Assembly: GCF_025643275.1 (NCBI RefSeq)
Contig: NZ_CP089977.1
Location: forward strand, 630,001 to 662,000
Source: Moraxella nasicaprae
GTDB lineage: Bacteria > Pseudomonadota > Gammaproteobacteria > Pseudomonadales > Moraxellaceae
Direction of reading: 5' to 3'
DNA: 32,000 nt
Part shown: positions 17,282 through 26,582 of the stretch, piece after piece
Position numbering within the stretch: position 1 is the stretch's first letter
How the letters are laid out: every line of letters begins with the position of its first letter
Translations under genes and position numbers: made by a program
The notes under the pieces: generated by a model
Told to the model about the DNA's origin: nothing
Database searches by the model: none
What the model saw: only the letters and a program-made list of their open reading frames with translations

Positions 17282-17653
17282 ATGATGAACTGGCTTAGAA
17301 TCAGTGCCATCAATTTGGCGATGGCGGTGGCGTTTGGGGCATTTGGCTCACATGGGCTAAAAAACATCGCAAACGACTACCAATTACAGATTTGGCAGAC
17401 CGCCACACTCTATCTATTCATTCATGCCTTAGGCTTACTTGCCATTGGCGTGCTGCACACGGTCAGTCGCCATCGTGCCAGCCTAAGTGCATGGCTTATC
17501 CAGATTGGCGTGCTGATTTTTAGCGGTACGCTGTATTTGATGGCGTTAGGCTTGCCAAAGTGGCTTGGGGCAATCACCCCCATTGGCGGCACTCTGATGA
17601 TTATTGGCTGGTTGACTCTTGCCTTAACCAAATCCAGCTCTCATCAGTCATAA
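17282..17653 (+). CDS. DUF423 (YgdD-like) small membrane protein
   Basis: 123 aa with four hydrophobic segments and the GAFGSHGLK motif typical of DUF423. An AGGAG Shine-Dalgarno follows directly after the rpoH stop. Confidence 0.8.
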   Translation: MMNWLRISAINLAMAVAFGAFGSHGLKNIANDYQLQIWQTATLYLFIHALGLLAIGVLHTVSRHRASLSAWLIQIGVLIFSGTLYLMALGLPKWLGAITPIGGTLMIIGWLTLALTKSSSHQS

Positions 17654-17658
17654 AAAAA

Positions 17659-17701
17659 TACCCAATGATGAAAATGCCTGTTATAAAATCATCATTGGGT
17701 A
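17659..17701 (+). terminator. Perfect 12-bp hairpin after the DUF423 gene (atypical terminator with no T-tract)
   Basis: Stem tacccaatgatg (17659-17670) / catcattgggta (17690-17701) with a 19-nt loop. An A-run precedes the stem and no T-run follows it. Confidence 0.35.
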
Positions 17702-17996
17702 TCGCCTGCTAATTTGCCATATTTTTGGGATTTTGGCAATGATTTTTTGGTAAAAATTAACCCATGAATTTTTTTTGGTTAAACATCATTAAAAAAACGC
17801 CCACCATTAACATCGCTAAGCAAAACCATCATTGCGTGGATTTTGCCCAAAATATCGACTCAACCGAAAAACCATCATAAACGACCTTTTCAAGGGTTTT
17901 TTGTAGGTTTTTTAAAAATACGACTGATTGACGGTGTCAGCTGACGCATTATCGTCACAAACACATCACTCGCCATTCATCAAATCAAGCCAGCTT

Positions 17997-18857
17997 ATGA
18001 CAACATCAACACTAAAAATCGCCAGCATTCAACTGTGCAGTCAAACCAACATCGACCAAAACCTTGCCATCATCAGTCAAGCGGTACAGGAGGCAGCAAA
18101 ACACGGTGCAAAATTCATCGTGCTGCCAGAAAACGCCTGCGTGATGGGCAGACAAGGGGAACTGGCTCAAAGATTTGATGAGATGGTGGTATTTTTTCAG
18201 ACGCTTGCCAAGACGCATCAGGTACATCTACTGGCAGGCACTCTGCCCTGCCCTTATCGCCCTGATGGTAGCAACACGCAAGAAAGATTTCGCCAAAGCA
18301 GCTTGCTGTTTGACGACTCTGGCAAACAAATCGCTCGCTACGATAAAATCCATCTGTTTCGTGCCACGGTCAATGACAGTACTGGCAACTACGATGAGGG
18401 CAGAACTTTTGAGGCTGGCGATAAGCTGGTTGTTGCCCCCTGCCTGATAGACGGTATGTCTGTCAATATTGGGCTGACCATCTGTTTTGATGCCAGATTT
18501 CCAAGCCTTGCCCAACGCCTAAGACAACAAGGGGCGGATATCATTACCGTGCCAGCCGCCTTTACCCATCAGACAGGTCAAGCACATTGGCAACTGCTGC
18601 TTCAAGCTCGGGCATTAGACAGTCAGTGCCTGATGATTGGTGCAACGCAAGGTGGCACGCATTACATTGGCGACAGCACTCGCCAAACTTGGGGTCATGC
18701 CATGATGGTCAATGCTCATGGTCAGATACTTGTCAGTACAGACAGCACCGAAGTTGGGACAAAAGGCTATCTGGTTTGCTATGCTGATTTTGATAAAGCC
18801 TTTCAAGACAGCGTGCGTCAGCGTATGCCAATTTTTGATTGTCATCGCTTGGCATAA
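17997..18857 (+). CDS. Carbon-nitrogen hydrolase (nitrilase superfamily, Nit-like amidase)
   Basis: Catalytic-triad context: VLPE (Glu), YDKIHLF (Lys), GLTICFDARFP (Cys). The start is placed at ATG 17997 (MTTSTLKIASIQL); the track's TTG 17928 is unlikely. Confidence 0.85.
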   Translation: MTTSTLKIASIQLCSQTNIDQNLAIISQAVQEAAKHGAKFIVLPENACVMGRQGELAQRFDEMVVFFQTLAKTHQVHLLAGTLPCPYRPDGSNTQERFRQSSLLFDDSGKQIARYDKIHLFRATVNDSTGNYDEGRTFEAGDKLVVAPCLIDGMSVNIGLTICFDARFPSLAQRLRQQGADIITVPAAFTHQTGQAHWQLLLQARALDSQCLMIGATQGGTHYIGDSTRQTWGHAMMVNAHGQILVSTDSTEVGTKGYLVCYADFDKAFQDSVRQRMPIFDCHRLA

Positions 18858-18871
18858 GCGTCATCAGTCGC

Positions 18872-19546
18872 CTAGCCAGTCCACGCCATTTTTAGGACAG
18901 CCGCCACCACAAAAGGCGTGATGACAATCGTGATGATTGACCCTGCTGACAATAATGCCAATGTTGGCAGTGCGTTTAGTCCTGTGGCGTACAAATCCAC
19001 CGCCCCTGTGGCAAATATCAATACAGGCAGCTGCATTGGCAAGGCGATGAGTGGCACTAAGACAGCGGCATTTTTTAGCGTGAGCGTCAAACTACTGGCA
19101 ATCGCAGACAAACCAAGCAGCATTGGCGAACCAACCACAATAGAGCCAGCCAGCACCACCGTATCCATCATCGGCAAATCAAACAGCACCACGACCAATA
19201 GCGACAATACCGCCACCGCACCAGCACTAAATAACCAATGCACCATCAAGCGTGCCAATACCCAGACAGATAAGGGAGCATTTGCCACCACCAGCTGAGC
19301 CAATGTGCCATTTTCAAACTCGCCTCGAAACAGCTCATCTACCCCCATTACTAAGGCAATCAAGGCAGCAATCCACACCGCAGATGGAGCAAGTCTTTGT
19401 AACAAAACAGGCTCGCTACCAATAGCAAGGGGGAACAGCGTAATAATCAACAAAAAGATGACAAGTGGGTATAGCCAGCCAACCATGCCTTGTTTTTTGA
19501 TTTGCCATTCTCTGCCAAGCATGGTCCAAAATACATGATTCATCAT
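18872..19546 (-). CDS. ccmB: Haem exporter membrane subunit CcmB
   Basis: 224 aa, six hydrophobic segments, a CcmB-like N-terminus (...LGREWQIKKQGMVGWLYPLVIFLLIITLFPLAIG). There is a 4-nt overlap with ccmA. Confidence 0.9.
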   Translation of the reverse strand: MMNHVFWTMLGREWQIKKQGMVGWLYPLVIFLLIITLFPLAIGSEPVLLQRLAPSAVWIAALIALVMGVDELFRGEFENGTLAQLVVANAPLSVWVLARLMVHWLFSAGAVAVLSLLVVVLFDLPMMDTVVLAGSIVVGSPMLLGLSAIASSLTLTLKNAAVLVPLIALPMQLPVLIFATGAVDLYATGLNALPTLALLSAGSIITIVITPFVVAAVLKMAWTG

Positions 19547-20175
19547 AGGGCAAACTCCGCCAAATCCAACACACCATTTGTCGCCTTGGTCGCCTGATGA
19601 CTGGTCATCAGTACCGCACCGCCTGCATTGGCAAATTCGACAATTCTTTGTTCCAGCTTTGCCACCATGCTCACATCTAATGCTGTTAAAGGTTCATCAA
19701 GTAGCCACAAGGGAGCGTGCGACACATTCAATGCAAATAATCTTGCCAAGCCCACACGACGCATTTGTCCTGCTGATAATTGCACGCTGGATACTTCTTG
19801 CAATCCTTGTAATCCCACCCACGCCAGCGATTCATCAATCATCTGCTCATCGGCAGTAATGCCATACAATGACAATAAAAATCTTAAATTCTGTTCTACG
19901 GTCAAATGCGTGCTAATGCCAAGCTGATGGGATACATAGACCATTTGGGCTGGCAGTTGTACCCACCCTTCAATGATAGGCAATAATCCTGCCAGCTGAG
20001 ACAATAAGGTCGTCTTGCCCAAGCCATTTTCACCAATCAAATGATAAATATCGCCTGCACGCAGTTTGGCACACACGCCCTGACACAGCACAAAGTCGCC
20101 TCGCTGTACCGCCACTTGCTCTAATTGTGCAATCCATTGACCCTTTGTTTGATAATCGCTCATCGCCCCACTCAT
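19543..20175 (-). CDS. ccmA: Haem exporter ATPase CcmA
   Basis: Walker A GENGLGKTT, signature LSAGQMRRV, Walker B LWLLDEP. About 205 aa, consistent with the CcmA size class. Confidence 0.9.
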   Translation of the reverse strand: MSGAMSDYQTKGQWIAQLEQVAVQRGDFVLCQGVCAKLRAGDIYHLIGENGLGKTTLLSQLAGLLPIIEGWVQLPAQMVYVSHQLGISTHLTVEQNLRFLLSLYGITADEQMIDESLAWVGLQGLQEVSSVQLSAGQMRRVGLARLFALNVSHAPLWLLDEPLTALDVSMVAKLEQRIVEFANAGGAVLMTSHQATKATNGVLDLAEFAL

Positions 20176-20287
20176 TGCTCATCAACCTGCTGTCATCATA
20201 AATGGTTATCATACCAAAAAATCACTCATAAAATCAGTCATCAAATGCCAATTTCTGCATAATTTTTGCAAAAAATCCTGCAAAATT

Positions 20288-20296
20288 TGTTAAAAT
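20288..20296 (+). promoter_or_regulatory. Candidate extended -10 (TGtTAAAAT) for the ybjN-like/deacetylase pair
   Basis: tgttaaaat ends 29 nt upstream of ATG 20325. Confidence 0.3.
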
Positions 20297-20324
20297 CTAC
20301 CAAAACAAGTAAGATTTTTAGGCA

Positions 20325-20942
20325 ATGAACTTCTTCAAACGACTCAAGCAAAGATTGACCAAATCCAATCGCTCCAACAGCACCCAAACTGATGAGACAA
20401 CCACTCAAATCAGCCATCGCCAATCTCTAATCAAGACCATCACTTCTTGGCTGTCTGACAAAGATTGGCATTATGAACAGCACAACAATCCCAATCTGCC
20501 ACATACTTGGCATTTTATTCTACACTTTCAGGAATTCAAGGATTGGGCGTGCGTGCTGCAAGTCAATGAACAAAATCAGCTGGTCAATCTGTACGGCGTC
20601 TTGACCCAAACCGTGCCAGAGACGCATTTTGCCACTGCCTTAGTCGCCATCAATCGCATCAATACCCGCCTACCACTGGGCAACATTGAGCTAGACACCA
20701 ACGATGGCGAACTGCGAGTACGAATCGGTTTTGATGCTGAATTTGTGCCACCCACCAACAAGCTGCTGGATATGTATCTGCATCTACTCATTCAGCTAAG
20801 TAAGGCTGCTCATGAGCTGTATGGCGACCTCTGTCAGGAGGAAGAGCCAAGCCCCATCATCTATGACTATCTGATGAATGAACCAAACGATGATGAAGTA
20901 GAGTCATCGCCATTTTTTGAACCCACTCAGCAGTATCAATAA
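20325..20942 (+). CDS. YbjN-domain-like protein (T3SS-chaperone-like fold family), tentative
   Basis: The pattern ...WL.DKDW.YE...F.L.F....W.C.LQV.E...LV.LY......VPE.....ALVAINRIN..LPLGN.ELD..DGELR.R resembles YbjN/DUF1821 proteins. The C-terminal tail is acidic. Confidence 0.55.
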   Translation: MNFFKRLKQRLTKSNRSNSTQTDETTTQISHRQSLIKTITSWLSDKDWHYEQHNNPNLPHTWHFILHFQEFKDWACVLQVNEQNQLVNLYGVLTQTVPETHFATALVAINRINTRLPLGNIELDTNDGELRVRIGFDAEFVPPTNKLLDMYLHLLIQLSKAAHELYGDLCQEEEPSPIIYDYLMNEPNDDEVESSPFFEPTQQYQ

Positions 20943-20970
20943 TATTTTGTTCGGTCAAAATCACCAAATT

Positions 20971-21888
20971 ATGATGTCTTTTAAAGTCGCCCACCACCCC
21001 CTATTTTGTTTGCCTTTGCCAGAGGGACACCGCTTTCCGATGGCAAAGTATCGTCTTTTACCACAAACGCTCTTGGCGGACGGCATCATTGCACCGTCTC
21101 AATTTTTTGTTCCAAGAATGGCGACGGTTGATGAGATTTTGACCACGCATAGTCCTGACTATTGGCAAATGCTAGATGAGCTAACCCTACCGCCCAAAGA
21201 TTGCCGTAAAATCGGACTACCAATGAGTCAAGATTTGATAGACCGTGAACGCTATGTCGTTGGGGCGACGATAGACTGTGCCAAATACGCCCTAACAGAC
21301 GGTATTAGCTTATCCACTTCTGGCGGTACACACCACGCCTTTAAAGACAGTGGCGAGGGTTTTTGTGTGCTAAATGATGTCTGCGTGGCAAGTAATGTGC
21401 TGTTAAATCAAGGACTTGTCAAAAAGATTTTAATCCTTGACCTAGATGTCCATCAAGGTAATGGCAATGCGTCCATAATGGCGGATAATGCCAATGTCTT
21501 TGTGATGAGTCTGCACGGCGAGAAAAACTATCCTTATCACAAGCCTGCCTCCGACCTAGACATTGCTTTGGCGGACGGTGTGGGCGATGATGAGTATTTG
21601 TCATTATTAAAATATCATTTACCCAAAGTGCTTGATGAGTTTAAGCCCGATTTTATCTTTTATATCGCAGGGGTGGATGTCCTTTGTGATGATAGATTGG
21701 GTAGGATAAACTTAACGATGAATGGGCTGTATGAGCGAGAACGCTATGTGATAAAAACTGCCTACCGCCGCCAAATCCCAATGACGGTGGTCATGGGCGG
21801 TGGCTATGCCCCTGATATGGGGGTGATTGTGAAGGGGCATTGTGGGGTGTTTGGGGTGGTGAGAGATTTGTACATTTATACAATTTAA
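20971..21888 (+). CDS. Histone deacetylase-family (class II-like, acetoin-utilisation/APAH-like) zinc deacetylase
   Basis: PLPEGHRFPMAKY N-terminus, GGTHHAFKDSGEGFCVLNDV, DLDVHQGNG and the YIAGVDV..DDRLG motif. ATG 20971 matches the start of homologues. Confidence 0.85.
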   Translation: MMSFKVAHHPLFCLPLPEGHRFPMAKYRLLPQTLLADGIIAPSQFFVPRMATVDEILTTHSPDYWQMLDELTLPPKDCRKIGLPMSQDLIDRERYVVGATIDCAKYALTDGISLSTSGGTHHAFKDSGEGFCVLNDVCVASNVLLNQGLVKKILILDLDVHQGNGNASIMADNANVFVMSLHGEKNYPYHKPASDLDIALADGVGDDEYLSLLKYHLPKVLDEFKPDFIFYIAGVDVLCDDRLGRINLTMNGLYERERYVIKTAYRRQIPMTVVMGGGYAPDMGVIVKGHCGVFGVVRDLYIYTI

Positions 21889-21896
21889 AAAAACCA

Positions 21897-23456
21897 TCAC
21901 TCATCTTTTGTTAAATCCAGACCAATAGATTTCAACTCCTCAAACCCCAATTTTATCAAAGCTGTACCTTCACTTATCAACCCATCATCACCTTTAGCAA
22001 CCCCTAAAATAGTTTTAAGAATTCCAATTTTATGGGTTATTAAAGAAAAAGAATTATCCAATTCATATATTTTAGTTAGAATCTCTATGGATTCCTCCAG
22101 TCTTTCTAAGTATAAATTATTCAATTTATCATGACCTTTTGGTAGAATTTTTAATATTTCTGTTTTGAATAAGAGTTTTGCGACGTCATTATTAATTTCT
22201 GCTAGTTTTTTCTCTATTAACTCTATTTCTTTATCCGTAAGTTCTCTACTCAAAATATACCCAGCAACAATATCAATAGTAAAAAGAACAATATTACTCT
22301 CAATTCTTAGAGATAATATATTTTGAAACTCTTCAATTTCAGCTTTAGGGGGTTTTTGGTCAAATATTTCTGTGTCACATTCATAAATATCCCATAGATT
22401 TGATGTCATTTCTAAATAATATCTTGTAGCGAATAGCCTCTTAAATTCCTCATAGTTGTTGTAAGGAAAGTAGGGATTTAAATCTAGGGATTTAACTATA
22501 TAGTTTATAGCAAGGTCGTAGTTGTTTTTTTCAAATTCTAAAATTGCCTTATATCTATAATAAGAACACTCAAAATTATTTATTAACATAACAACATTTC
22601 GTGATGTTATGTTTTTTTCCTGAGTAATTTGCTTAACTTCATTTATTAATTTAATATTATCTTGTAGGGAGAAATTTAATGAAGATAAGTCTTTAAATCT
22701 TAAAAACATATCATTAAAAGATTGTGTTATAACCATCAGATTTATTTTAATAGCAAGGTTAATTTTTTCTCTTTCATTTAAATTATTGTTATCCAAAACT
22801 TCCTGAATGGCATCTATATTTTCCTTAAAACTAGCAGATGTATCAAGGTTATCTAAATTTAGATAACTCTTATAAATAATATCCTCTTGATTAATAAAAA
22901 ATGAAAAACCAAATACAATATTATCTTTAATGGTTTTTTTAAAAAAACTATTAATGCTAATTAGATTTTTGGGTATAATATAGAATTCTGGAATATCTGC
23001 TATTATTATACGCAAAATATTCATTTTGTTTAGATAACTATGCTGATTAAACTTTTCTATTTCCTCATGAATTATTAAATCTATTCTTTCAGTTTGGAAG
23101 TTTTTATCAAGGTAGATTTTTTCATTTTCGTAAAAAGTACCAAAATAAATTAATGCAGGAATTTTGGGTGAAAATTTTAAATGAAAAACAAGTGAAAATA
23201 GCACGACTACGCTTATTGATAAAAGTATCGCTAAATCAAGTGGTATATTAAAAAAATAATATAAAGAAAATGTACCAAACATAGTTAGTAACCAATGTTG
23301 GTATTTTAAAAAAACAAAACACAGAGAAGCCTTAAAAAATTTTGAAAGGCGTGGATTTAAAAATGATGCACCAATGTATGCAAGTAATGATGCAATAATA
23401 CCTGCTATATAATTATTGGTTAAAATTTCTCTGAAGTCAAACCAAATTGTATCCAT
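21897..23456 (-). CDS. Orphan 519-aa membrane-anchored helical/TPR-like protein on a very low-GC insertion
   Basis: It is the only long ORF in about 1.6 kb of roughly 17-25% GC DNA (hand counts). It has three N-terminal hydrophobic segments, and the remainder is K/N/E/I/L-rich. One segment fits the TPR consensus. No catalytic motif was recognised and there is no Shine-Dalgarno. Confidence 0.75.
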   Translation of the reverse strand: MDTIWFDFREILTNNYIAGIIASLLAYIGASFLNPRLSKFFKASLCFVFLKYQHWLLTMFGTFSLYYFFNIPLDLAILLSISVVVLFSLVFHLKFSPKIPALIYFGTFYENEKIYLDKNFQTERIDLIIHEEIEKFNQHSYLNKMNILRIIIADIPEFYIIPKNLISINSFFKKTIKDNIVFGFSFFINQEDIIYKSYLNLDNLDTSASFKENIDAIQEVLDNNNLNEREKINLAIKINLMVITQSFNDMFLRFKDLSSLNFSLQDNIKLINEVKQITQEKNITSRNVVMLINNFECSYYRYKAILEFEKNNYDLAINYIVKSLDLNPYFPYNNYEEFKRLFATRYYLEMTSNLWDIYECDTEIFDQKPPKAEIEEFQNILSLRIESNIVLFTIDIVAGYILSRELTDKEIELIEKKLAEINNDVAKLLFKTEILKILPKGHDKLNNLYLERLEESIEILTKIYELDNSFSLITHKIGILKTILGVAKGDDGLISEGTALIKLGFEELKSIGLDLTKDE

Positions 23457-23470
23457 ATTTAAATCATATT

Positions 23471-23510
23471 AAAAATTGGTAGTTTCCATTAAAAAAATAG
23501 AAACTACCAA
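23471..23510 (-). terminator. Rho-independent terminator of valS
   Basis: Perfect 11-bp stem ttggtagtttc (23476-23486) / gaaactaccaa (23500-23510) with a 13-nt loop. On the minus strand the stem is followed by TTTTT. It begins 8 nt after the valS stop. Confidence 0.7.
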
Positions 23511-23518
23511 AAACACCA

Positions 23519-26404
23519 TCATAACCCCTCAATCTCCCCCATACTCTCCTTCACCTTCCCAATCTGCCCTTCAAGCTCACTTAACTTCTCTCGTTCAGCC
23601 GAAACAACCGCAGGTGGTGCTTTGGCAACAAAACTTTCATTGGCAAGTTTATTTTTAATTTGCTCATATTGTTTGGTGAGTTTTTCTAGCTCTTTATTAA
23701 GACGAGCCAGCTCCACCGCAGGGTCAATCAAGCCTTTCATCGGCACATAAACGACCGCTTGCCCAATCACGCCAGATGATGATAATGGGGCTTTTTCATC
23801 ATTTGCCAAAAATGTTAGGCTCTCCACCTTAGCAAGGGCTTTAAATAAGGGTTCAATTCTTTGAATTTGTGTTTTTTCGCCCTCATTGATGTTTTGTAAT
23901 AAGACAGGCAATAATTTGGCATTGCCCAAATTCATCTCACCACGAATATTTCGCACCGCCCCAATTAAGCCTTGTAGCCAATGCATATCATTTTCAGCAG
24001 TTTCGTTAATTCGTTCAGGGTTTGCAACTGGATATGGGGCAAGCATTATGGTTTCACCACCACGCCCAATCATCACAGCGATTTTTGTCCATATTTCTTC
24101 TGTGATAAATGGCATAATCGGGTGAGTAAGCCTTAAAGCCGTTTCTAATACCGACAGTAGCACATAGCGTACTTGGGCTTTTCTATCATCACTGATAGTC
24201 TCATCATTTAATACAGGTTTGGTCAGCTCCACATACCAATCGCAATATTCATTCCAAATAAAATCATAAATACTTTGACTTGCCAAATCCAAACGATAAG
24301 TGTCAAATGCCAGATTGACCGCCTGTTCACATTTTTGTAGACGGCTTATTATCCATTGTTCTGGTAATTCCCAAAGTTCAGGTTTTGCCATTTGGTGAAT
24401 GTCTTTACCGTCCACATTCATTAAAACAAATCTTGTGGCATTATAAATCTTATTACAAAAATTCCGATAACCCTCTACTCGTTTTAAATCAAATTTAATA
24501 TCTCGCCCTGTACTTGCCAACGCACAAAAGGTAAATCTAAGTGCATCTGTTCCAAAGGCGTTAATGCCGTTTTCAAATTCCTTGCGAGTGGCTTTTTCAA
24601 TTTTGGGAGCGTCTTGGGGTTTCATTAGCCCTGTGGTGCGTTTGGCAACCAAACTTTCTAAATCAATGCCGTCAATCAAATCCAGTGGGTCTAGTACATT
24701 GCCTTTTGATTTAGACATTTTCGCCCCCTCAGAGTCTCGTACTAAGCCGTGTACATAGACGGTTTTAAAGGGGACTTGCGGTTTGCCATTTTTGTCTTTA
24801 ACAAAATGCAAGGTCATCATAATCATTCTGGCAACCCAAAAGAATATGATGTCAAAGCCAGTTACCAATACCGATGTAGGGTGAAAAGTTTGTAAAATGG
24901 CATTGTCAAAATCTTCATTAGTCCCTTTCCAGCCAAGCGTTGAAAAAGTCCAAAGGGCTGATGAAAACCAAGTATCCAAAACATCATCATCTTGGCGTAA
25001 AGCAATATCGGAGAGATTATATTTTTCACGCACTTCGTTTTCACTGCGACCAACATAAAAATTGCCATTATCATCATACCACGCAGGAATACGATGACCC
25101 CACCAGAGTTGACGGCTAATACACCAATCTTTAATATCACGCATCCACGCCATATACATATTGGTATATTGTTCTGGCACAAATTTAATATCGCCATTTT
25201 GTACCGCATCTATGGCAGGTTTGGCAAGCTCATCAATTTTGACATACCATTGGTCGGTAAGTAACGGCTCAATGACTGTACCACTTCTATCGCCTTTGGG
25301 GGTTTTTAATTGGTGTGGTTCTATTTTTTCTAGCCAGTTTTCATTTTGGGCTTGTTCCACCACTTTTTTACGGGCGATATAACGGTCTAATCCTTGATAT
25401 TGTGTTGGTACGCTGATTAAATTAGGCGTTTTTTGTTCTGCATTTTCAAATAATTCAAATTCGGTTAAGATATTGGCATTAACATCAAAAATATTAATCA
25501 GCGGTAAATTGTGCCGACTACCCACTTCATAATCATTAAAATCGTGAGCAGGGGTAATCTTAACACAGCCTGTGCCAAAGTCTTTTTCCACATAATCATC
25601 AGCAACAATCGGTATTTCACGATTTGTAATCGGCAAAATCACCGTTTTACCAATCAAATGAGCATAGCGTTCATCATCAGGGTGAACCGCAACCGCCGTG
25701 TCGCCAAGCAAGGTTTCTGGGCGTGTCGTGGCAACGGTCAGATAATTTTTACCGTCTTTGGTGCTTAAATTGGCGTCCGCAAAATAATAATTAAAATGCC
25801 ATAAATTGCCCTGTTCATCGTGGTTTTCCACTTCTAGGTCGGATAAAGCGGTATGCAGTTTGGTATCCCAATTGACAAGGCGTTTTTTACGATAAATCAA
25901 TCCCTCATCATACAGGCGGACAAAGACTTCTTTGACCACGTCCGATAACTCATCGTCCATTGTAAAGCGTTCACGAGACCAATCCACCGATGACCCCAAA
26001 CGGCGAATTTGACGAGTGATATTACCGCCCGACAGCTCTTTCCATTCCCATACTTTTTCTAAGAATTTTTCACGCCCCAAATCGTGGCGAGAGATGCCCT
26101 GTTGTCCAAGCTGGCGTTCTACGACCATTTGTGTGGCAATGCCTGCGTGGTCAGTACCGCCTTGCCATAGCGTGTTGTAGCCTTTCATACGATGATAGCG
26201 AGTCAGCGCATCCATAATGGCGTTGTTAAAGCCGTGCCCCATATGGAGCGAGCCTGTCACATTGGGCGGTGGTAGGGCGATGGAGAAGGATTTGTCTTTG
26301 TCCAAAGTGGGCTTAAAATAGCCGTTACTTTCCCATTTTTCATACATGCCCGATTCGATTTCGGCTGGATTATAGTTTGGGGAAAGTTGATCTAAAATAC
26401 TCAT
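23519..26404 (-). CDS. valS: Valyl-tRNA synthetase
   Basis: [14 protein letters not shown] (HIGH region), KMSKSKGN (KMSKS), the editing-domain motif [17 protein letters not shown] and a C-terminal coiled coil. ATG 26404 is preceded by GGAG. The track's longer start at 26491 is a read-in. Confidence 0.95.
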   Translation of the reverse strand: MSILDQLSPNYNPAEIESGMYEKWESNGYFKPTLDKDKSFSIALPPPNVTGSLHMGHGFNNAIMDALTRYHRMKGYNTLWQGGTDHAGIATQMVVERQLGQQGISRHDLGREKFLEKVWEWKELSGGNITRQIRRLGSSVDWSRERFTMDDELSDVVKEVFVRLYDEGLIYRKKRLVNWDTKLHTALSDLEVENHDEQGNLWHFNYYFADANLSTKDGKNYLTVATTRPETLLGDTAVAVHPDDERYAHLIGKTVILPITNREIPIVADDYVEKDFGTGCVKITPAHDFNDYEVGSRHNLPLINIFDVNANILTEFELFENAEQKTPNLISVPTQYQGLDRYIARKKVVEQAQNENWLEKIEPHQLKTPKGDRSGTVIEPLLTDQWYVKIDELAKPAIDAVQNGDIKFVPEQYTNMYMAWMRDIKDWCISRQLWWGHRIPAWYDDNGNFYVGRSENEVREKYNLSDIALRQDDDVLDTWFSSALWTFSTLGWKGTNEDFDNAILQTFHPTSVLVTGFDIIFFWVARMIMMTLHFVKDKNGKPQVPFKTVYVHGLVRDSEGAKMSKSKGNVLDPLDLIDGIDLESLVAKRTTGLMKPQDAPKIEKATRKEFENGINAFGTDALRFTFCALASTGRDIKFDLKRVEGYRNFCNKIYNATRFVLMNVDGKDIHQMAKPELWELPEQWIISRLQKCEQAVNLAFDTYRLDLASQSIYDFIWNEYCDWYVELTKPVLNDETISDDRKAQVRYVLLSVLETALRLTHPIMPFITEEIWTKIAVMIGRGGETIMLAPYPVANPERINETAENDMHWLQGLIGAVRNIRGEMNLGNAKLLPVLLQNINEGEKTQIQRIEPLFKALAKVESLTFLANDEKAPLSSSGVIGQAVVYVPMKGLIDPAVELARLNKELEKLTKQYEQIKNKLANESFVAKAPPAVVSAEREKLSELEGQIGKVKESMGEIEGL

Positions 26405-26445
26405 AAACACTCCGATTTTTTCAATAACATTCACTAATATTAACG

Positions 26446-26454
26446 ATTCTACCA
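26446..26454 (-). promoter_or_regulatory. Candidate extended -10 (TGgTAGAAT) for valS
   Basis: The reverse complement of attctacca is tggtagaat. It ends 41 nt upstream of the valS ATG. Confidence 0.3.
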
Positions 26455-26546
26455 CCAATCCATTTGTCATATCAGCAAGCATCAAACACATGACAATCAG
26501 ATCAATCCATCAATCAACCGATGGCTTTTTGGTAAAAATTTTTTGC

Positions 26547-26582
26547 ATAAAAAATACCCCCTATTCTAGCAAAAATAGGGGG
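26547..26582 (-). terminator. Rho-independent terminator ending the UPF0149-YbjQ operon transcript
   Basis: Perfect 9-bp G/C-rich stem ccccctatt (26557-26565) / aataggggg (26574-26582) with an 8-nt loop. On the minus strand it is followed by tATTTTTTAT. Confidence 0.75.

Noticed and set aside
17744-17758. Identical 15-mer tttttggtaaaaatt in two intergenic regions (17744-17758 and 26526-26540), with the related tttttggtaaa at 2737-2747
   Set aside because: For about 32 kb read on both strands, roughly one exact 15-mer coincidence is expected even under uniform composition. More are expected in low-complexity A/T-rich spacers. No consistent position relative to genes was seen.
17936-17945. Short palindromes as candidate operators: gtcagctgac (17936-17945), tgctat-atc-atagca (28564-28578), attgaca-N14-tgtcaat (6521-6548)
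   Set aside because: A perfect 10-bp palindrome is expected about 30 times by chance in 32 kb. Inverted repeats with 6-7-bp arms at any spacer length are expected several times. Without a second copy or conservation data they are not evidence of regulator sites.
23760-25850. Possible foreign or mosaic origin of the central part of valS, which seemed lower in GC than its ends
   Set aside because: Hand counts on 60-nt lines in the middle of valS gave values mostly around 37-45%, with a few lines near 22-33%. The ends gave about 50-57%. However, an ordinary host gene such as oppB also gave 40% on a sampled line. The contrast is too small and my sampling too sparse to claim mosaicism; it needs a computed GC/codon-usage scan.
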